This document shows positions 37,590 to 50,615 of a DNA stretch of 64,000 bases, one piece after another. Positions within the stretch are counted from its first letter, which is position 1. Every line of letters starts with the position of its first letter. Source of the stretch: Heterodontus francisci (lineage: Eukaryota); assembly GCF_036365525.1 (NCBI RefSeq), contig NW_027142279.1:620001-684000 (forward strand). The letters are read 5' to 3'. Position numbers and translations under genes: made by a program. The notes under the pieces are model-generated. The model made no database searches. It was not told the origin of the DNA and saw only the letters and a program-made list of their open reading frames with translations.

Positions 37590-38080
37590 TTCCATTGTCT
37601 CTGCTCTGCCACACTGCTTGTCTCACATCCAATACTGGATGAGCAGATATTTTCTACTAATAAATATTGGGAAGACTGAAGCCATTGTCTGTGGTCCCCG
37701 ACACAAATGTCATTCTTGGACCACCGACACCATCTCTGGTACCTGTCTGAAACTGATCAAGACAGTTTTCAGCCTTTGTTGTTGTGTTTGACCCCGAGAT
37801 GAGTTTTCGACCACCTATCCACACCATCACCAAGACTGTCCATTTTGCACCTCCATACCATCTCTCGACTCTGCCCCTGCTTCAGCTCATCTGCTGCTGA
37901 AACCCTCATCCGTGCCTCTGTTACCTCCAGACTGGACTATTCCAATACTCTCCTGGCCAAGCTCACATCTTTCACACTTCCTGATCTTATCCTCATAGAA
38001 ACATTTGCTGCCTGTGTCTTCACTCACTCCGAACCCTGTTCACCCATAATCCCTGGAACTATTGCCATTCACTGACTCCC
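37590..38080 (+). mobile_element. L2 LINE RT fragment
   Basis: WMSRYFLLINIGKTEAIV; AETLIRASVTSRLDYSNTLL. Confidence 0.8.
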
Positions 38081-38634
38081 TGCTCCTCTCCAATTTCCCA
38101 ATATTAACATCCTGATCAGTCTGTTGAACTGTTGTGAAATGACTCATTGGTCACAACTCTCCAGTGTAACAATGTAAAACGTCTGCAATAAGTGAACATG
38201 GCTGTGTATCTTCCATTGATGGACATTCAAACAAGGAGAGCTGCAGCTTGGAAAGGGCTTTTAACGTGTTTGACTCCCTGACCACCCAGTGTGATTGTAA
38301 ATCTGATTGTAAACTGTGTGTTTACAGTTTTATTGCATTCTCTGTCTGCTCAATATATCTATGAACGCTAAACCTGACCGTCTCAAGAAGCTGATTGATT
38401 TTGCTGGAATGGCTTTCCCATCTGATCATGGAAATCCAGTGTTTTTTTGTTCTGGGAGGGAACACTCACTGTTAAATGATTGCTGAGGGCTGAGATCAGA
38501 AGGGATGTGACTGTACGTGGTGGGACTGCCCAGCATTCCCCAAACCTTGTGCTCCTCCATTCTATTCTGGTCTGTGCTTCCACCCTGGATAATCCAGCTC
38601 ATTCAAGGCCTGACAGAGGAAAATGAGAAATCCT

Positions 38635-40240
38635 GACCTTTCAAAAGGCATTTGATACAGTTCCACACATCAGACTTGTGAGCAAACATGTAGCTCTTGG
38701 AATGCATAGGACGGTAGCAACATGGATTACGAAATTGGCTGAGTGACAGGAAACAGAGAATAGTGGTTAATGGATGTTTTTCGGGCTGGAGGAAGGTTTG
38801 TAGTGGACTTCCCCAGGGATCAGTGTTGGGACCCTTGCTTTTCCTGATATATATTAATGTCCTAGACCTCGGAGTACAGGACACAATTTCAAAATTTGCA
38901 GATGAGACGAAACTTGGAAGCATTGTGAACTGTGAGGAGGATAGTGTAGAACTTCAAAAGGACATAGACAAGTTGGTGGAATGGGCGGACAAGTGACAGA
39001 TGAGGTTCAATGTGGAGAAATTTGAAGTGATTAATTTTGGTAGCTAGAACATGGAGAGACAATATCGAATCGAGGTTACAATTCTAAAGGGGGTGAAGGA
39101 GCAGAGAGACCTGTGTGTATCTGTGCATCAGTCATTGAAGATGGCAGGACTGGTTGAGAGAGTGGTTGATAAAGCATACAGTATCCTGGGCTATATTAAT
39201 AGGGGCATAGATTACAAGAGCAAGGAAGTTATGTTGAACCCGTATAAGACACTAGTTTGTCCTCAGCTGGAGTATTGCCTCCAATTCTAGGTGTTGCACT
39301 TGAGAAAAGATGTGAGGGCATTTGAGAGAGTACAGACGAGATTCACAAGAATGGTTCCAGGGATGAGGAATTTCAGTTATGAAGATAGATTGGAGAAGTT
39401 AGGACTGTTTTCCTTGGAGAAGAGAAGGCTGGGAGGTGATTTGAGAGAGCTATTCAAAATCATGAGGGGCCTGGACAGAGTAGACACTGTTCCCACTCGT
39501 GAAATTATCGAGAACGAGAGGGCACAGATTTAAAGTATTTGGTAAGAGAAGCAAAAGTGACATGGGGAAACAAGTTTTCATGCAGCGAGTGGTTAAGGTC
39601 TGGAATGCGCTGCCTGGGAACATGGTGGAGGCAGATTCAACTGAAACATTTAAAATAAAATTAGACAGTTACATGAAATGGAAGAATTTGCAGGGTTACA
39701 GGAAGAGGCCGGGGGAGTGGAACTGAGGGAGTTGCACTTTCAGAGAGCCGGTGCAGACACGATGGGCCGAATGGCCTCCTTCTGCGTGGTCACAATTCTG
39801 TGATTCTTTGATTATTATGAGGAATGTTTGAAGAGGTTGGGCAGATACTCATTGGAGTTTAGAAAAATGAGCCACGTAAGATTCTGAGGGGGCTTGACTG
39901 GGTAGATGCTGAGTGGATGTTCCTTCTCGTTTGGGAATCTAGAACGAGGCGTAACAATTTCAGAATAAGGGGGTCTCCCATTTAAGACGGAGATGCGGAG
40001 GATATTTTTCTCTCAGAGGATTTGTGAGTCTGTGGAACTCCGTTCTCTGGAGAGCAACGGAGGCTGGGTCATTGAATATATTCAAGCCTGAGTTTGACAG
40101 ATTTTGATTCTACAAGGGTGTCATGGTTATAGAGGGCAGAAAGGAAAGTGGAGTTAAAGCTGCAATCAGATCAGTCATGAACTTATAGAATGGCTGAGCA
40201 GGCTCGAGGGGCCGAAAGGCCTACTCCTTGCTCCCATTTC
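38635..40240 (+). mobile_element. CR1 LINE RT and 3' fragments (two elements)
   Basis: SGLPQGSVLGPLLFLIYIN...SKFADETK; stops and frameshifts; two 3' tails. Confidence 0.9.
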
Positions 40241-41229
40241 TTATAACCTTACTGACTGCCCAATTCAATATCAGGGTCGTTAAAGTCTCAAATCATCACA
40301 TAATTTTTTTCACCCCTCAGTTATTTCTTTACAGCTCTGCTCCTCCATGTCCTTCCTGCTCTATGGCAGCTGATAAAATACCTGCAAAGTAAAAATGTTT
40401 TTCAGAAGATGCTCACAGTCGGAGAACAGTGGACTGTTCATATCAGAGGCACAGACAAGATCTCCCACAGGCCACAGGTACACATTCAGCAACATATGCA
40501 AACAACAATGAGCAAAGCCAGAGAGCTGGGAGAAGGCTTTTGTAGGCAGTACACACGACATTGTGAGGCCCCTGAGCAGATATCAATGTCCCTGCTGCTG
40601 TGCCCCTGACATTGGGACTGCAATGAATTTGCATTTACAGTCAAGCATTGCCCAGATTACATTGCAGAAAGATGAATGAATTCTGCCCACTTGAGGGAGT
40701 TATTGAGAGAACCCTCGCCCACGACTGACACATTGCACCAATGGGAAAATACTGCAGATGCTGGAACTCTGAAACACAAACAGAATATTGAGTAGGTCTG
40801 GCAGCATTTGTGGAGAGAGAAACAGAGTTAACGTTTCAGCTTGGTCAGCCTTCTTCAGAACGGCAATGGTGAGAGATGGTACAGATGTTAATAAAGTACA
40901 GAGGCAGGGAAAGGGACAAAACAGCAATTTATAATACTCTCGCACCTTTAACGTAATAAAACCTGCCAAGGCTCTTCACAGGAGCATTATAAACACAGTA
41001 TGAAACTGAGTGACATAAGGAAAGATTCGGTCAGACAATCAAAATCTCAGTCAAAGAGGTAAGTTTTAAGGAGAATTTTAAATTGAAAAGTGAGGTGGAG
41101 AGGTGGAGAGGTGTAGTGAAGCAATTCCAGAGCTTAGGCCGCAGGCAACTGAAGGTGTGACCACCAATGGTTGAACAATTAAGGTCGGGGATGCTTAAAG
41201 GGCCAGAATTAGAGGAGTGCAGAGATTCC

Positions 41230-42370
41230 GGAAGGTTGTAGAGGCTGGAGGACGTTACAGCGATAGGGAGGGCTGTAGGTGCTGGTGAAGGTTACAGAGA
41301 GAGGGATGGCTGTCGGAGCTGGTGGATGTTACAGAGATAGGGAGGGTTGTAGGAGCTGGTGGAGGTTACAGAGATAGGGAGGGATGTAGGAGCTGGTGGA
41401 GGTGAAAGAGATAGGGAGTGCTGTTGGAGCTGGTGGAGGTTACTGAGATAGGGAGGGATGTAGGAGCTGGTGGAGGTGAAAGAGATAGGGAGTGCTGTTG
41501 GAGCTGGTGGAGGTTACAGAGATAGGGAGTGCTGTAGGAGCTGTTGGATATTACAGAGATAGGGAGGGTTGTAGAGACTGGTGGAGATTACAGAGATAGG
41601 GAGGGTTGTTGGAGATGGTGGAGGTTACAGAGATAGGGAGGGTTGTATAGACTGGTGGAGATTACAGAGATAGGGAGGGTTGTAGGAGCTGGAGGAGGTT
41701 AACGCGATAGGGAGTGTTGTAGAGACTGGTGGAGGTTACAGAGATAGGGAGAGCTGTACGAGCTGGTGGATGTTACAGAGATAGGGTGGGTTGTTGGAGC
41801 TGGAGGAGGTTAACGCGATAGGGAGGGTTGTAGAGACTGGTGGAGGTTACAGAGATAGGGAGAGCTGTACGAGCTGGTGGAGGTTACAGAGATAGGGAGG
41901 GTTGTAGAGACTGGTGGAGGTTACAGAGATAGGGAGGGTTGTAGAGACTGGTGGAGGTTACAGAGATAGGGAGAGTTGTAGAGACTGGTGGTGATTACAG
42001 AGATAAGGAGGATTGTTGGAGCTGGTGGAGGTTACAGAGATAGGGAGGGCTGTAGGAGCTGGAGGAGGTTAACGCGATTGGAAGGGTTGTAGAGACTGGT
42101 GGAGGCTACAGAGATAGGGAGGATTGTTGGAGCTGGTGGAGGTTACAGAGATTGGGAGGGCTGTAGGAGCTGGAGGAGGTTAACGCGATAGGGAGGGTTG
42201 TAGAGACTGGTGCAGGTTACAGAGATAGGGAGGGCTGTAGGAGCTGGTGGATGTTACAGAGATAGGGAGGGCTGTAGGAGCTGAGGAGGTTAACGCAATA
42301 GGGAGGGTTGTAGAGACTGGTGCAGGTTACAGAGATAGGGAGGGCTGTAGAAGGTCAACGCGATAGGGAG
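41230..42370. repeat. ~37-bp G-rich minisatellite (ctggtggaggttacagagatagggagggttgtagaga) within L2-like debris
   Basis: Tandem repetition. Confidence 0.93.
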
Positions 42371-42839
42371 GGGAAGGGCCATGGGGGATTTGAGGACAAG
42401 GACGAGAAACTTAAAATGTGGATGTTGCTTGACTGGGAGACAATGTAGGGCAGTGAGAGCAGGAGTGACAGGGGATCAGGACTTGGAGCAACTTAAGACA
42501 CAGGCAGAAGAGTTTTAGATGACCTCAGGTTTACAGAAATTGGGTGAGCATCAGGACTGCCTTGACATTGTCAAGTCCAGAGCTGACAATGTCTTGAATG
42601 AGGGTTTCAGCCACATTTCAGCTGAAATTGGGGCGCGTTCGGGTGATCTTTCAGAGGTGGAAATGTGCAGCGTTAGTGATGGTGCCTACATGAGGTCAGA
42701 AGCGCATCTCGGCGTCAAATGTGACACCAGGATTTCGAACAGACTGGCTTAAACTCAGATCGCTGCCGGGGAGAGAGGTAGAGTCAGTAGTTAAGGAATG
42801 GAGTTTGGAGCGGAAACTGAAAACAGTAGCTTCAGTTAT

Positions 42840-43812
42840 GAGGGCAGTACTGAGGGAGTGCTGCACTGTCGTAGGGTCAGTACTGAGAGAGTGCTGTACT
42901 GTCAGAGGGTCAATACTGAGGGAGTGCTGCACTGTCAGAGGGTCTGTACTGAGGGAGTGCTGCACTGTTGGAAGGTCAGTACTGAGGGAGCGCTTCACTC
43001 ACAGAGGGTCAGTACTGAGGGAGTGCTGCACTGTTAGAGGGTCAGGACTGAGGGTGTGCGGCACTGTCGGAGGGTCAGTACTGAGTGAGTGCTGCACTGT
43101 GACAGGGCCAGTACTGAGGGAGTGCTGCACTGACAGAGGGTCAGTACTGAGTGAGTGCTGCACTGTCAGAGGGGAAAACTGAGGGAGTGCTGCACTGTCG
43201 GAGGGTCAGTACTGAGTGAGTGCTGCACTGTCAGAGGGGCTAACTGAGGGAGTGCAGCACTCTGCGAGGGTCAGAACTGAGGGAGTGCTGCACTGTCAGA
43301 GGGACAAACTGAGGGAGTGCTGCACTGTTAGAGGGTCAGTACTGAGGGAGTGCTGCACTGTCAGTGGATCAGTACTGAGGGAGTGCTGCACTGTGAGAGG
43401 AGCAGTACTGAGTGAGTGCTGCACTGTCAAGGGTCAGTACTGAGTGAGTGCTGTACTGTCAGAGGGTCAGTACTGAGGGAGTGCTGCACTGTCAGAGGGT
43501 CAGTACTGAGGGAGTGCTGCACAGTTATTGGGGCAGTACTGAGTGAGTGCTGCACTGTCAGAGGGTCAGTACTGAGGGAGTGCTGCCCTGTCAGAGGAGC
43601 AGTACTGAGTTAGTGCTGCACTGTCAGAGGGTCAGTACTGAGTGAGTGCTGTACTGTCAGAGGGTCAGTACTGAGGGAGTGCTGCACTGTGAGAGGAGCA
43701 GTACTGAGTGAGTGCTGCACTGTCAAGGGTCAGTACCGAGGGAGTGCTGCCCTGTCAGAGGAGCAGTCCTGAGTGAGTGCTGCACTGTCAGAGGGTCAGT
43801 ACTGAGGGAGTC
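42840..43812. repeat. 33-bp minisatellite (gagggtcagtactgagggagtgctgcactgtca); shorter array at 48283-48460
   Basis: Tandem repetition. Confidence 0.95.
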
Positions 43813-43904
43813 CATAAAGCCCCTCCGTCGACCCTGTTATGCAGGAACAGCAGGAGGCCCATTCAGCCCCTCTGTCGAGCCTGTGCATGGTACCAGTATC
43901 ACTC

Positions 43905-44243
43905 AGATGTACTGGGACAGACAATATCTGGGGAAGGAGCCGCAGCTGATGTTTTACTCCCTAACTGCACAAAGGGTGAACTCAGAGGGGACAGTGGAGC
44001 AGTACCCTCTGCATGTACTGGTACAGACAAGATCTGGGGAAGAAGCCGCTGTTGATGTTTTACTCCAATACTGCTAACTATGTGGATCCAGAGGGGACGG
44101 TGGACCATTTTACTGCCGAGAGACCGACTGACTCCGAGTACAACCTGGAGTCCTCCAGCCTGCGGGAGAATCACTCGGCCTTGTATTTCTGTGCCTGAAG
44201 ACATCACAGTGACTCAGAGGGATGGAGCTGTTCAACAAAAACC
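43905..44243 (+). pseudogene. TRBV: Fused double TRBV30-like V remnant with consensus 23-RSS
   Basis: MYWDRQYLGKEPQLMFYSLTAQRVNSEGTVE joined to MYWYRQDLGKKPLLMFYSNTANY...YFCA*; RSS CACAGTG(44205)-23-ACAAAAACC(44235..44243); no leader or FR1. Confidence 0.88.
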
Positions 44244-44996
44244 CAAAAGGCTGCAGGAATCACCTGTTTCAGATAAAATTGCTCTGTGCCTCGATCTATT
44301 GTTCCCTTTTGCAGAGTGAAAGCGTTTATTACAATAAAAAGAACTGAGTTATGATTGTAGTGACAAATTGAATTTACAGGTACTGGCAATGGTGCAAAGA
44401 ACGATGAATAAGGATGTCACGAGATAGGGAGACAAAGATAGCGTCAAAGACAGCGAGACAGCAAGAGAGACATAATGAGAGAGAGAGATCGACAGAGTGG
44501 ACAGCGGGAGAGAGGAGGAGAGAAAGAGAGACTGAGATTAAAAAAAACAAAGCCTGAGACACATAGGGCGATAGAGATAGAGACAAACACAGTGACAGAG
44601 AAAGAACTAAAGAGATAGCAAAACTAAGAAATTGGGAGAGAGAGAGAGAGAGTCAGAGAGAGACGGAGAGAGTGGAAGGTAAACTGAGAGAGAGGGAGAG
44701 TGCGGAAGGTAAACTGAGAGAGAGAGGGAGTCAGAGAGAGGGAGACAGCGAAAGGTAAACTGAGAGAGAGGGAGAGAGCGGAAGGTAAACTGAGAGAAAG
44801 AGAGAGAAGTAGATTGGCAAACAATTTGATTGTGATTTGTTCACCTGGGTGTATGGGCGTCTCCAACATTGTATCACTTCCTAATGCTCTTCATGTTCCT
44901 CCCAATGATTTGTAAAGAGTGGATTTGGACCCTCACAAGACTCTAAGCTCCTGATCTCACTCCTATGTCTATTAATAGAACAAGTTGAAGTGAAAG

Positions 44997-45492
44997 ATGT
45001 ATCAGTTACTGTGTCTGAGAATCCTGTTTCATTGTATGTGAGTGTGAAATGCAAACAATTATTGTTAATAACCTTCCTCTCCTCTCTCTGTCTCCCTTTC
45101 ATTCCCAGAAGTTCCCTGTTTACTGATATCCTCCTCTCTCCATCTCTCTCCCAGATGTGAACTCACAGACTATCCACCAGATTCCTGCCGCTGTCTCCAG
45201 ATTACCCGGGAAAGGAGTGGAACTGAGGTGCACTCTGGAGGGGAGCAGCAGTATCATCTCCATGTACTGGTACAGACAAGAGCCGGGGAAGGAGCCGCTG
45301 CTGATGTTTTACTCCAGTATTGCTAGCTATGTGGATCCAGAGGGGACGGTGGGCGGTTTCACTGTGGAGAGACCGACTGACTCCCAGTTCAACCTGGAGA
45401 CCTCCAGCCTGCAGGAGAATCACTCGGCCGTGTATCTCTGAGCCTGGAGTCTTCACACTGACTCAGAGAGATGGAGAAGTTCAAGAAAAACC
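44997..45492 (+). pseudogene. TRBV: TRBV30-like V pseudogene (second Cys codon mutated to TGA)
   Basis: Leader 44997..45033, V exon from 45155, ...HSAVYL*AWS; RSS CACACTG(45454)-23-AGAAAAACC. Confidence 0.92.
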
Positions 45493-45805
45493 CCAAAGGC
45501 AGCAGGAAACACCTGTTTCAGATAAAACCAGGCGGTGCTGCGTCCTGTTGGGTGTTTTCATCATTGGGAACATGTTTTTCACAAGACAGGACGGATTTAA
45601 ATAGATAGAGACTGGTTAGAAATAGAAGCACAGGGGAATTGTGAAATAGACTTTACAGGAATGATATCAGGAAACAGAGGTTAAAGTTATCAAGATAGTT
45701 TGAACATCGGGGGATCTTTGTTCCAGAAAGGAGAAGAATGAAGGGTAAACCTTCATCCGTCTTAGAGAGATAATTAAAGACTTTAATATGTGAAGTGAAG
45801 ATCAG

Positions 45806-46130
45806 NNNNNNNNNNNNNNNNNNNNNNNNNNNNNNNNNNNNNNNNNNNNNNNNNNNNNNNNNNNNNNNNNNNNNNNNNNNNNNNNNNNNNNNNNNNNNNN
45901 NNNNNNNNNNNNNNNNNNNNNNNNNNNNNNNNNNNNNNNNNNNNNNNNNNNNNNNNNNNNNNNNNNNNNNNNNNNNNNNNNNNNNNNNNNNNNNNNNNNN
46001 NNNNNNNNNNNNNNNNNNNNNNNNNNNNNNNNNNNNNNNNNNNNNNNNNNNNNNNNNNNNNNNNNNNNNNNNNNNNNNNNNNNNNNNNNNNNNNNNNNNN
46101 NNNNNNNNNNNNNNNNNNNNNNNNNNNNNN
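45806..46130. other. Assembly gap (325 N)
   Basis: Run of n. Confidence 1.
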
Positions 46131-48098
46131 CATACATACATACGGTGTGGTTTGATGTCACAGTGTTTTCTTTCTCCAAAGGGACAGCAGAGTGCGCTGT
46201 AGGACCATGATAAACATCAGAGTCTGGAACACACTTGAACAGTAACCTGGGAACACAAGGAGAACATTCATCACCTCGGAAACACTCCGCCCTTCAATGA
46301 GATCATGACTGATCAATAACTTCTTGTCGGTCCCTCTCTGCATTCCCCCCACTCTCTCTCTCTCTCTCCCTCCATCCCTCTCTCTCACTCCAGTTACCAA
46401 GCTGGTGTAAAATGAGAGAATGACAATTAACAACCCTGCCTTTTACAGGGGCAGTGACTGTCGCTCTCGCTCGCTATTTCTCTACCTCTCTGACTTTCCC
46501 TCTATCTCTCTATTTCTCTACCTTTCCATATATCTATCTGTCTACCTGACTGTCTCTTTATCTAGCTCGTTATTTCTCTACCTATATGACTTTCCCTCTA
46601 TCTCTCTATTTCTCGACCTCTCTCCATATCTATCTGTCTATCTGACTGTCTCTCTATGCAGCTCGCTATTTCTCTACCTATCTGACTTTCCCTCTATCTA
46701 CCTCTCTCTCTATATCTACCTGTCTACCTGACTGTCTCTCTATCCAGCTCGCTATTTCACAACCTATCTGACTTTCCCTCGATCCCTCTATTTCTCTACC
46801 TCTCTCTATATCTATCTGTCTACCTGACTGTCTCTCGATCTATCTATCTCTCTACCTGGTTATCTTTCTCTCTGTCTCTCTATCTATCTAACTATATCTT
46901 TAGGTGATTACAGTTTGTATGAATTAATTAAACATATTGCAGTAATGTAATGAATGCCCATCTTTTCATAGATTTTCTATATATTAACCAGTTGATGATC
47001 TGGTTTGTCATCAATTATCTATCAAAATCCTCTATGATCTTCAATATCTAGAATCACATCTTCCATTAACCTTCTCTGCTCTAAGGGGATAAACCCCCAG
47101 CTTCTACAGTCTCTCCACAGTAACTGAAGTCCCTCATCCCTGGTTCCAGTCTGGTTCATCTCCCTCTAACCTTCACTACACAGAGGTGAACAACTCCCCA
47201 ATGTACAGGAACTAACCCAGATCAGAACCCTTAGCCATCTGAGCACTGTTTCACACTGTAGAAAGGCGAGACCGCTCTCCAGATACCTTCATCTCTGGGA
47301 CACCTGCCTCCTGACAGCGAGTTCAGAAGCTGCTGAAAACTCTTTACCCACTTTCATCTCAGACTCGAGTCACATTTGATGTGTTCTTCAAAGAAACTAG
47401 CAGTTCAGACCAGTGAACTATTTCACACTTTAACTCCGATTCAGCAACGAGGTACGGGAGCAGAGCAGTTATGTTACTGGACTAGTAATCCAGAGGCCTG
47501 GACTAATGATCCCCAGATATGAGTTCAGTTCTCAACAGGGGCAGAAATGGAATTTAAATTTAATTAAGTAAATAAATAAAATCTGTAATGGAAAGTAAGA
47601 GCAATTCTGAACATGGAGTGTCGTAAAAACCCTACGTATTCATTGATAACCTTCAGGGAAGGAAATCTGCCATTCTTACCCGGTCTGGCCTATATGTGAC
47701 TGCAGACCCACAGCATTGTAGTTGACTGTTAACTGCCCTCTGATATGGCCCAGCAGGTATTCCCGAAGATGGTTCACCACCACCTTCTCAGGGGCAATAA
47801 GGGATGTACACACTCTCTGGGTATGGAGGGTTGTTTCCCTGAATTCTACTCTATCAAATCCCTTTCTGAAATGTGAACACCTCTATTCAATCTCCCCCTA
47901 TCCTCCTGTGTTGTATCATTCTACAACATTGCTTTGCAAAGTAATGGGGAGGAGCAGAGTGTCGCAGTAAGTGACTGCCAATCACAATGACAACCGGATG
48001 CTGGGTATTTAATTGGATACAATATAGAAACCGACTGCAAGTGTGTTGTTGAAAACTCCACACGTTCACACATTGAGTTAGTATCGAATGAAGAAATC

Positions 48099-48898
48099 AT
48101 GTTGCATGAAGTTCTCTGTCTAACCTTGATGGCTGCACTCTTCCCACGTAAGTCAAAGTCAGAAACTGTGCACAATAATGTATTGTCATGTCAGCGGTGA
48201 TTCTGTCCAAAACACTCCTGTGTCAGAGTCTCACTACAGAACATTGAGCTCAAAGTCAAGGCTGACAACCCAGGTGTCAGGACCGAGGGAGTGCTGCACT
48301 ATCGCAGAGGCTGTACTGAGAGAGTGCTGCACTGTCGCAGAGTCAGCACAGAGGGAGTGCTGCACTGTCACAGAGGCACTATTGAGGAAGTGCTGCACTG
48401 TCGACGAAGCGGCACTGAGGGAGTGCTGCACTGTCGCAGAGACAGTACTGAGGGAGTACCTACATTGGTTGCAAAGCCCTTTCTGATGTCCTGAGGTCCT
48501 GAACGGCGCTATATTAATGTAAGCCCTTTATTTCTTGCAATGCAGCTCCTGCTCCAATCCATTATTGACTGAAATAATAATCTAATCGATGTTCCATTCC
48601 ACAGGAATACTCTCCTCCTATGTGGAACAGTCGCCCTCTATCCTATCGCTTTCCGCAGGAGAGTCGACAACACTCAGATGCACGCTGACCAATACTGACT
48701 ATTCCTTTCTATACTGGTACAGACAACAAGCAGACAGGGCACTGGAAGCTCTGTTCTATTCTGCTACAGAAGGGTCTGTTACCAATTACACGTCCGAGTC
48801 ATTTAAGGCAGTCAGAGCCAGCAATACACTGTTTACTTTGGCACTGAGAGACGCCGCTCCATCTCACACCGCTGTCTATTTCTGCACTTGTAGTATCG
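48099..48898 (+). CDS. TRBV: Intact TCR beta V segment of a distinct family (leader 48099..48147, V exon 48605..48898)
   Basis: Leader MLHEVLCLTLMAALFP with C|GTAAGT; ILSSYVEQSPSILSLSAGESTTLRCTL...LYWYRQ...LFYS...HTAVYFCTCS. Confidence 0.9.
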
Positions 48899-48937
48899 CA
48901 CAGTGTTTGAGAAAGCGGATCCGCAGCTGCAAAAACC
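48899..48937 (+). other. 23-RSS (CACAGTG-23-GCAAAAACC)
   Basis: Directly 3' of the V exon. Confidence 0.93.
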
Positions 48938-48956
48938 TGCAGTGGATGAATGGGAG

Positions 48957-50615
48957 TTCAGTGCTCATCTTCCCCCGGCAGGGGGCAGCAGTTGATTAAA
49001 TCTCAATGCTCATCTTCCCCCGGCAGGGGGCAGCAGTAGATTGAATCTCAGTGCTCATCTTCCCCCGGCAGGGGGCAGCAGTAGATTGAATCTCAGTGCT
49101 CATCTTCCCCCAGCAGGGGGCAGCAGTAGATTGAATCTCAGTGCTCATCTTCCCCCGGCAGGGGGCAGCAGTAGATTAAATCTCAGTGCTCATCTCCCCC
49201 CGGCAGGGGGCAGCAGTAGATTAAATCTCAGTGCTCATCTCCCCCCGGCAGGGGGCAGCAGTAGATTGAATCTCAGTGCTCATCTCCCCCCGGCAGGGGG
49301 CAGCAGTAGATTGAATCTCAGTGCTCATCTTCCCCCGGCAGGGGGCAGCAGTAGATTAAATCTCAATGCTCATCTTCCCCCGGCAGGGGGCAGCAGTAGA
49401 TTAAATCTCATTGCTCATCTCCCCCCGGCAGGGGGCAGCAGTAGATTAAATCTCAGTGGTCATCTCCCCCCGGCAGGAGGCAGCAGTAGATTGAATCTCA
49501 ATGCTCATCTTCCCCCGGCAGGGGGCAGCAGTAGATTGAATCTCAGTGCTCATCTTCCCCCGGCAGGGGGCAGCAGTAGATTGAATCTCAGTGCTCATCT
49601 TCCCCCGGCAGGGGGCAGCAGTAGATTGAATCTCAGTGCTCATCTTCCCCCGGCAGGGGGCAGCAGTAGATTAAATCTCAATGCTCATCTTCCCCCGGCA
49701 GGGGGCAGCAGTAGATTGAATCTCAGTGCTCATCTTCCCCCGGCAGGGGGCAGCAGTAGATTGAATCTCTGCGCTCATCTTCCCCCGGCAGGGGGCAGCA
49801 GTAGATTGAATCTCAGCGCTCATCTTCCCCCGGCAGGGGGCAGCAGTAGATTGAATCTCAGTGCTCATCTTCCCCCAGCAGGGGGCAGCAGTAGATTGAA
49901 TCTCAGTGCTCATCTTCCCCCGGCAGGGGGCAGCAGTAGATTAAATCTCAATGCTCATCTTCCCCCGGCAGGGGGCAGCAGTAGATTAAATCTCAGTGCT
50001 CATCTCCCCCCGGCAGGGGGCAGCAGTAGATTAAATCTCAGTGCTCATCTCCCCCCGGCAGGGGGCAGCAGTAGATTGAATCTCAATGCTCATCTTCCCC
50101 CGGCAGGGGGCAGCAGTAGATTGAATCTCAGTGCTCATCTTCCCCCGGCAGGGGGCAGCAGTAGATTGAATCTCAGTGCTCATCTTCCCCCGGCAGGGGG
50201 CAGCAGTAGATTGAATCTCAGTGCTCATCTTCCCCCGGCAGGGGGCAGCAGTAGATTGAATCTCAGTGCTCATCTTCCCCCGGCAGGGGGCAGCAGTAGA
50301 TTAAATCTCAATGCTCATCTTCCCCCGGCAGGGGGCAGCAGTAGATTGAATCTCAGTGCTCATCTTCCCCCGGCAGGGGGCAGCAGTAGATTGAATCTCT
50401 GCGCTCATCTTCCCCCGGCAGGGGGCAGCAGTAGATTGAATCTCTGAGCTCATCTTCCCCCGGCAGGGGGCAGCAGTAGATTAAATCTCAATGCTCATCT
50501 TCCCCCGGCAGTGGGCAGCAGTAGATTGAATCTCTGCGCTCATCTTCCCCCGGCAGGGGGCAGCAGTAGATTAAATCTCAGTGCTCATCTTCCCCCGGCA
50601 GTGGGCAGCAGTAGA
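48957..50615 (+). repeat. 45-bp tandem repeat, 37 copies; 35 carry a CTCF-consensus motif (CCGGCAGGGGGCAG or a close variant)
   Basis: Motif position runs from 48975 to 50595 with an exact 45-bp period; units nearly identical. The repeat is certain; CTCF function is inferred. Confidence 0.95.

Noticed and set aside
45653-46202. ORFs spanning N runs (also 51758-52173 in part)
   Set aside because: Artefacts of assembly gaps.
49041-50447. 468-aa ORF of LNLSAHLPPAGGSSR repeats
   Set aside because: By-product of a 45-bp (3n) unit lacking stops in one frame; non-ATG start and no splice or promoter context.
48957-50615. CRISPR-like array
   Set aside because: No unique spacers, no cas genes, vertebrate DNA.
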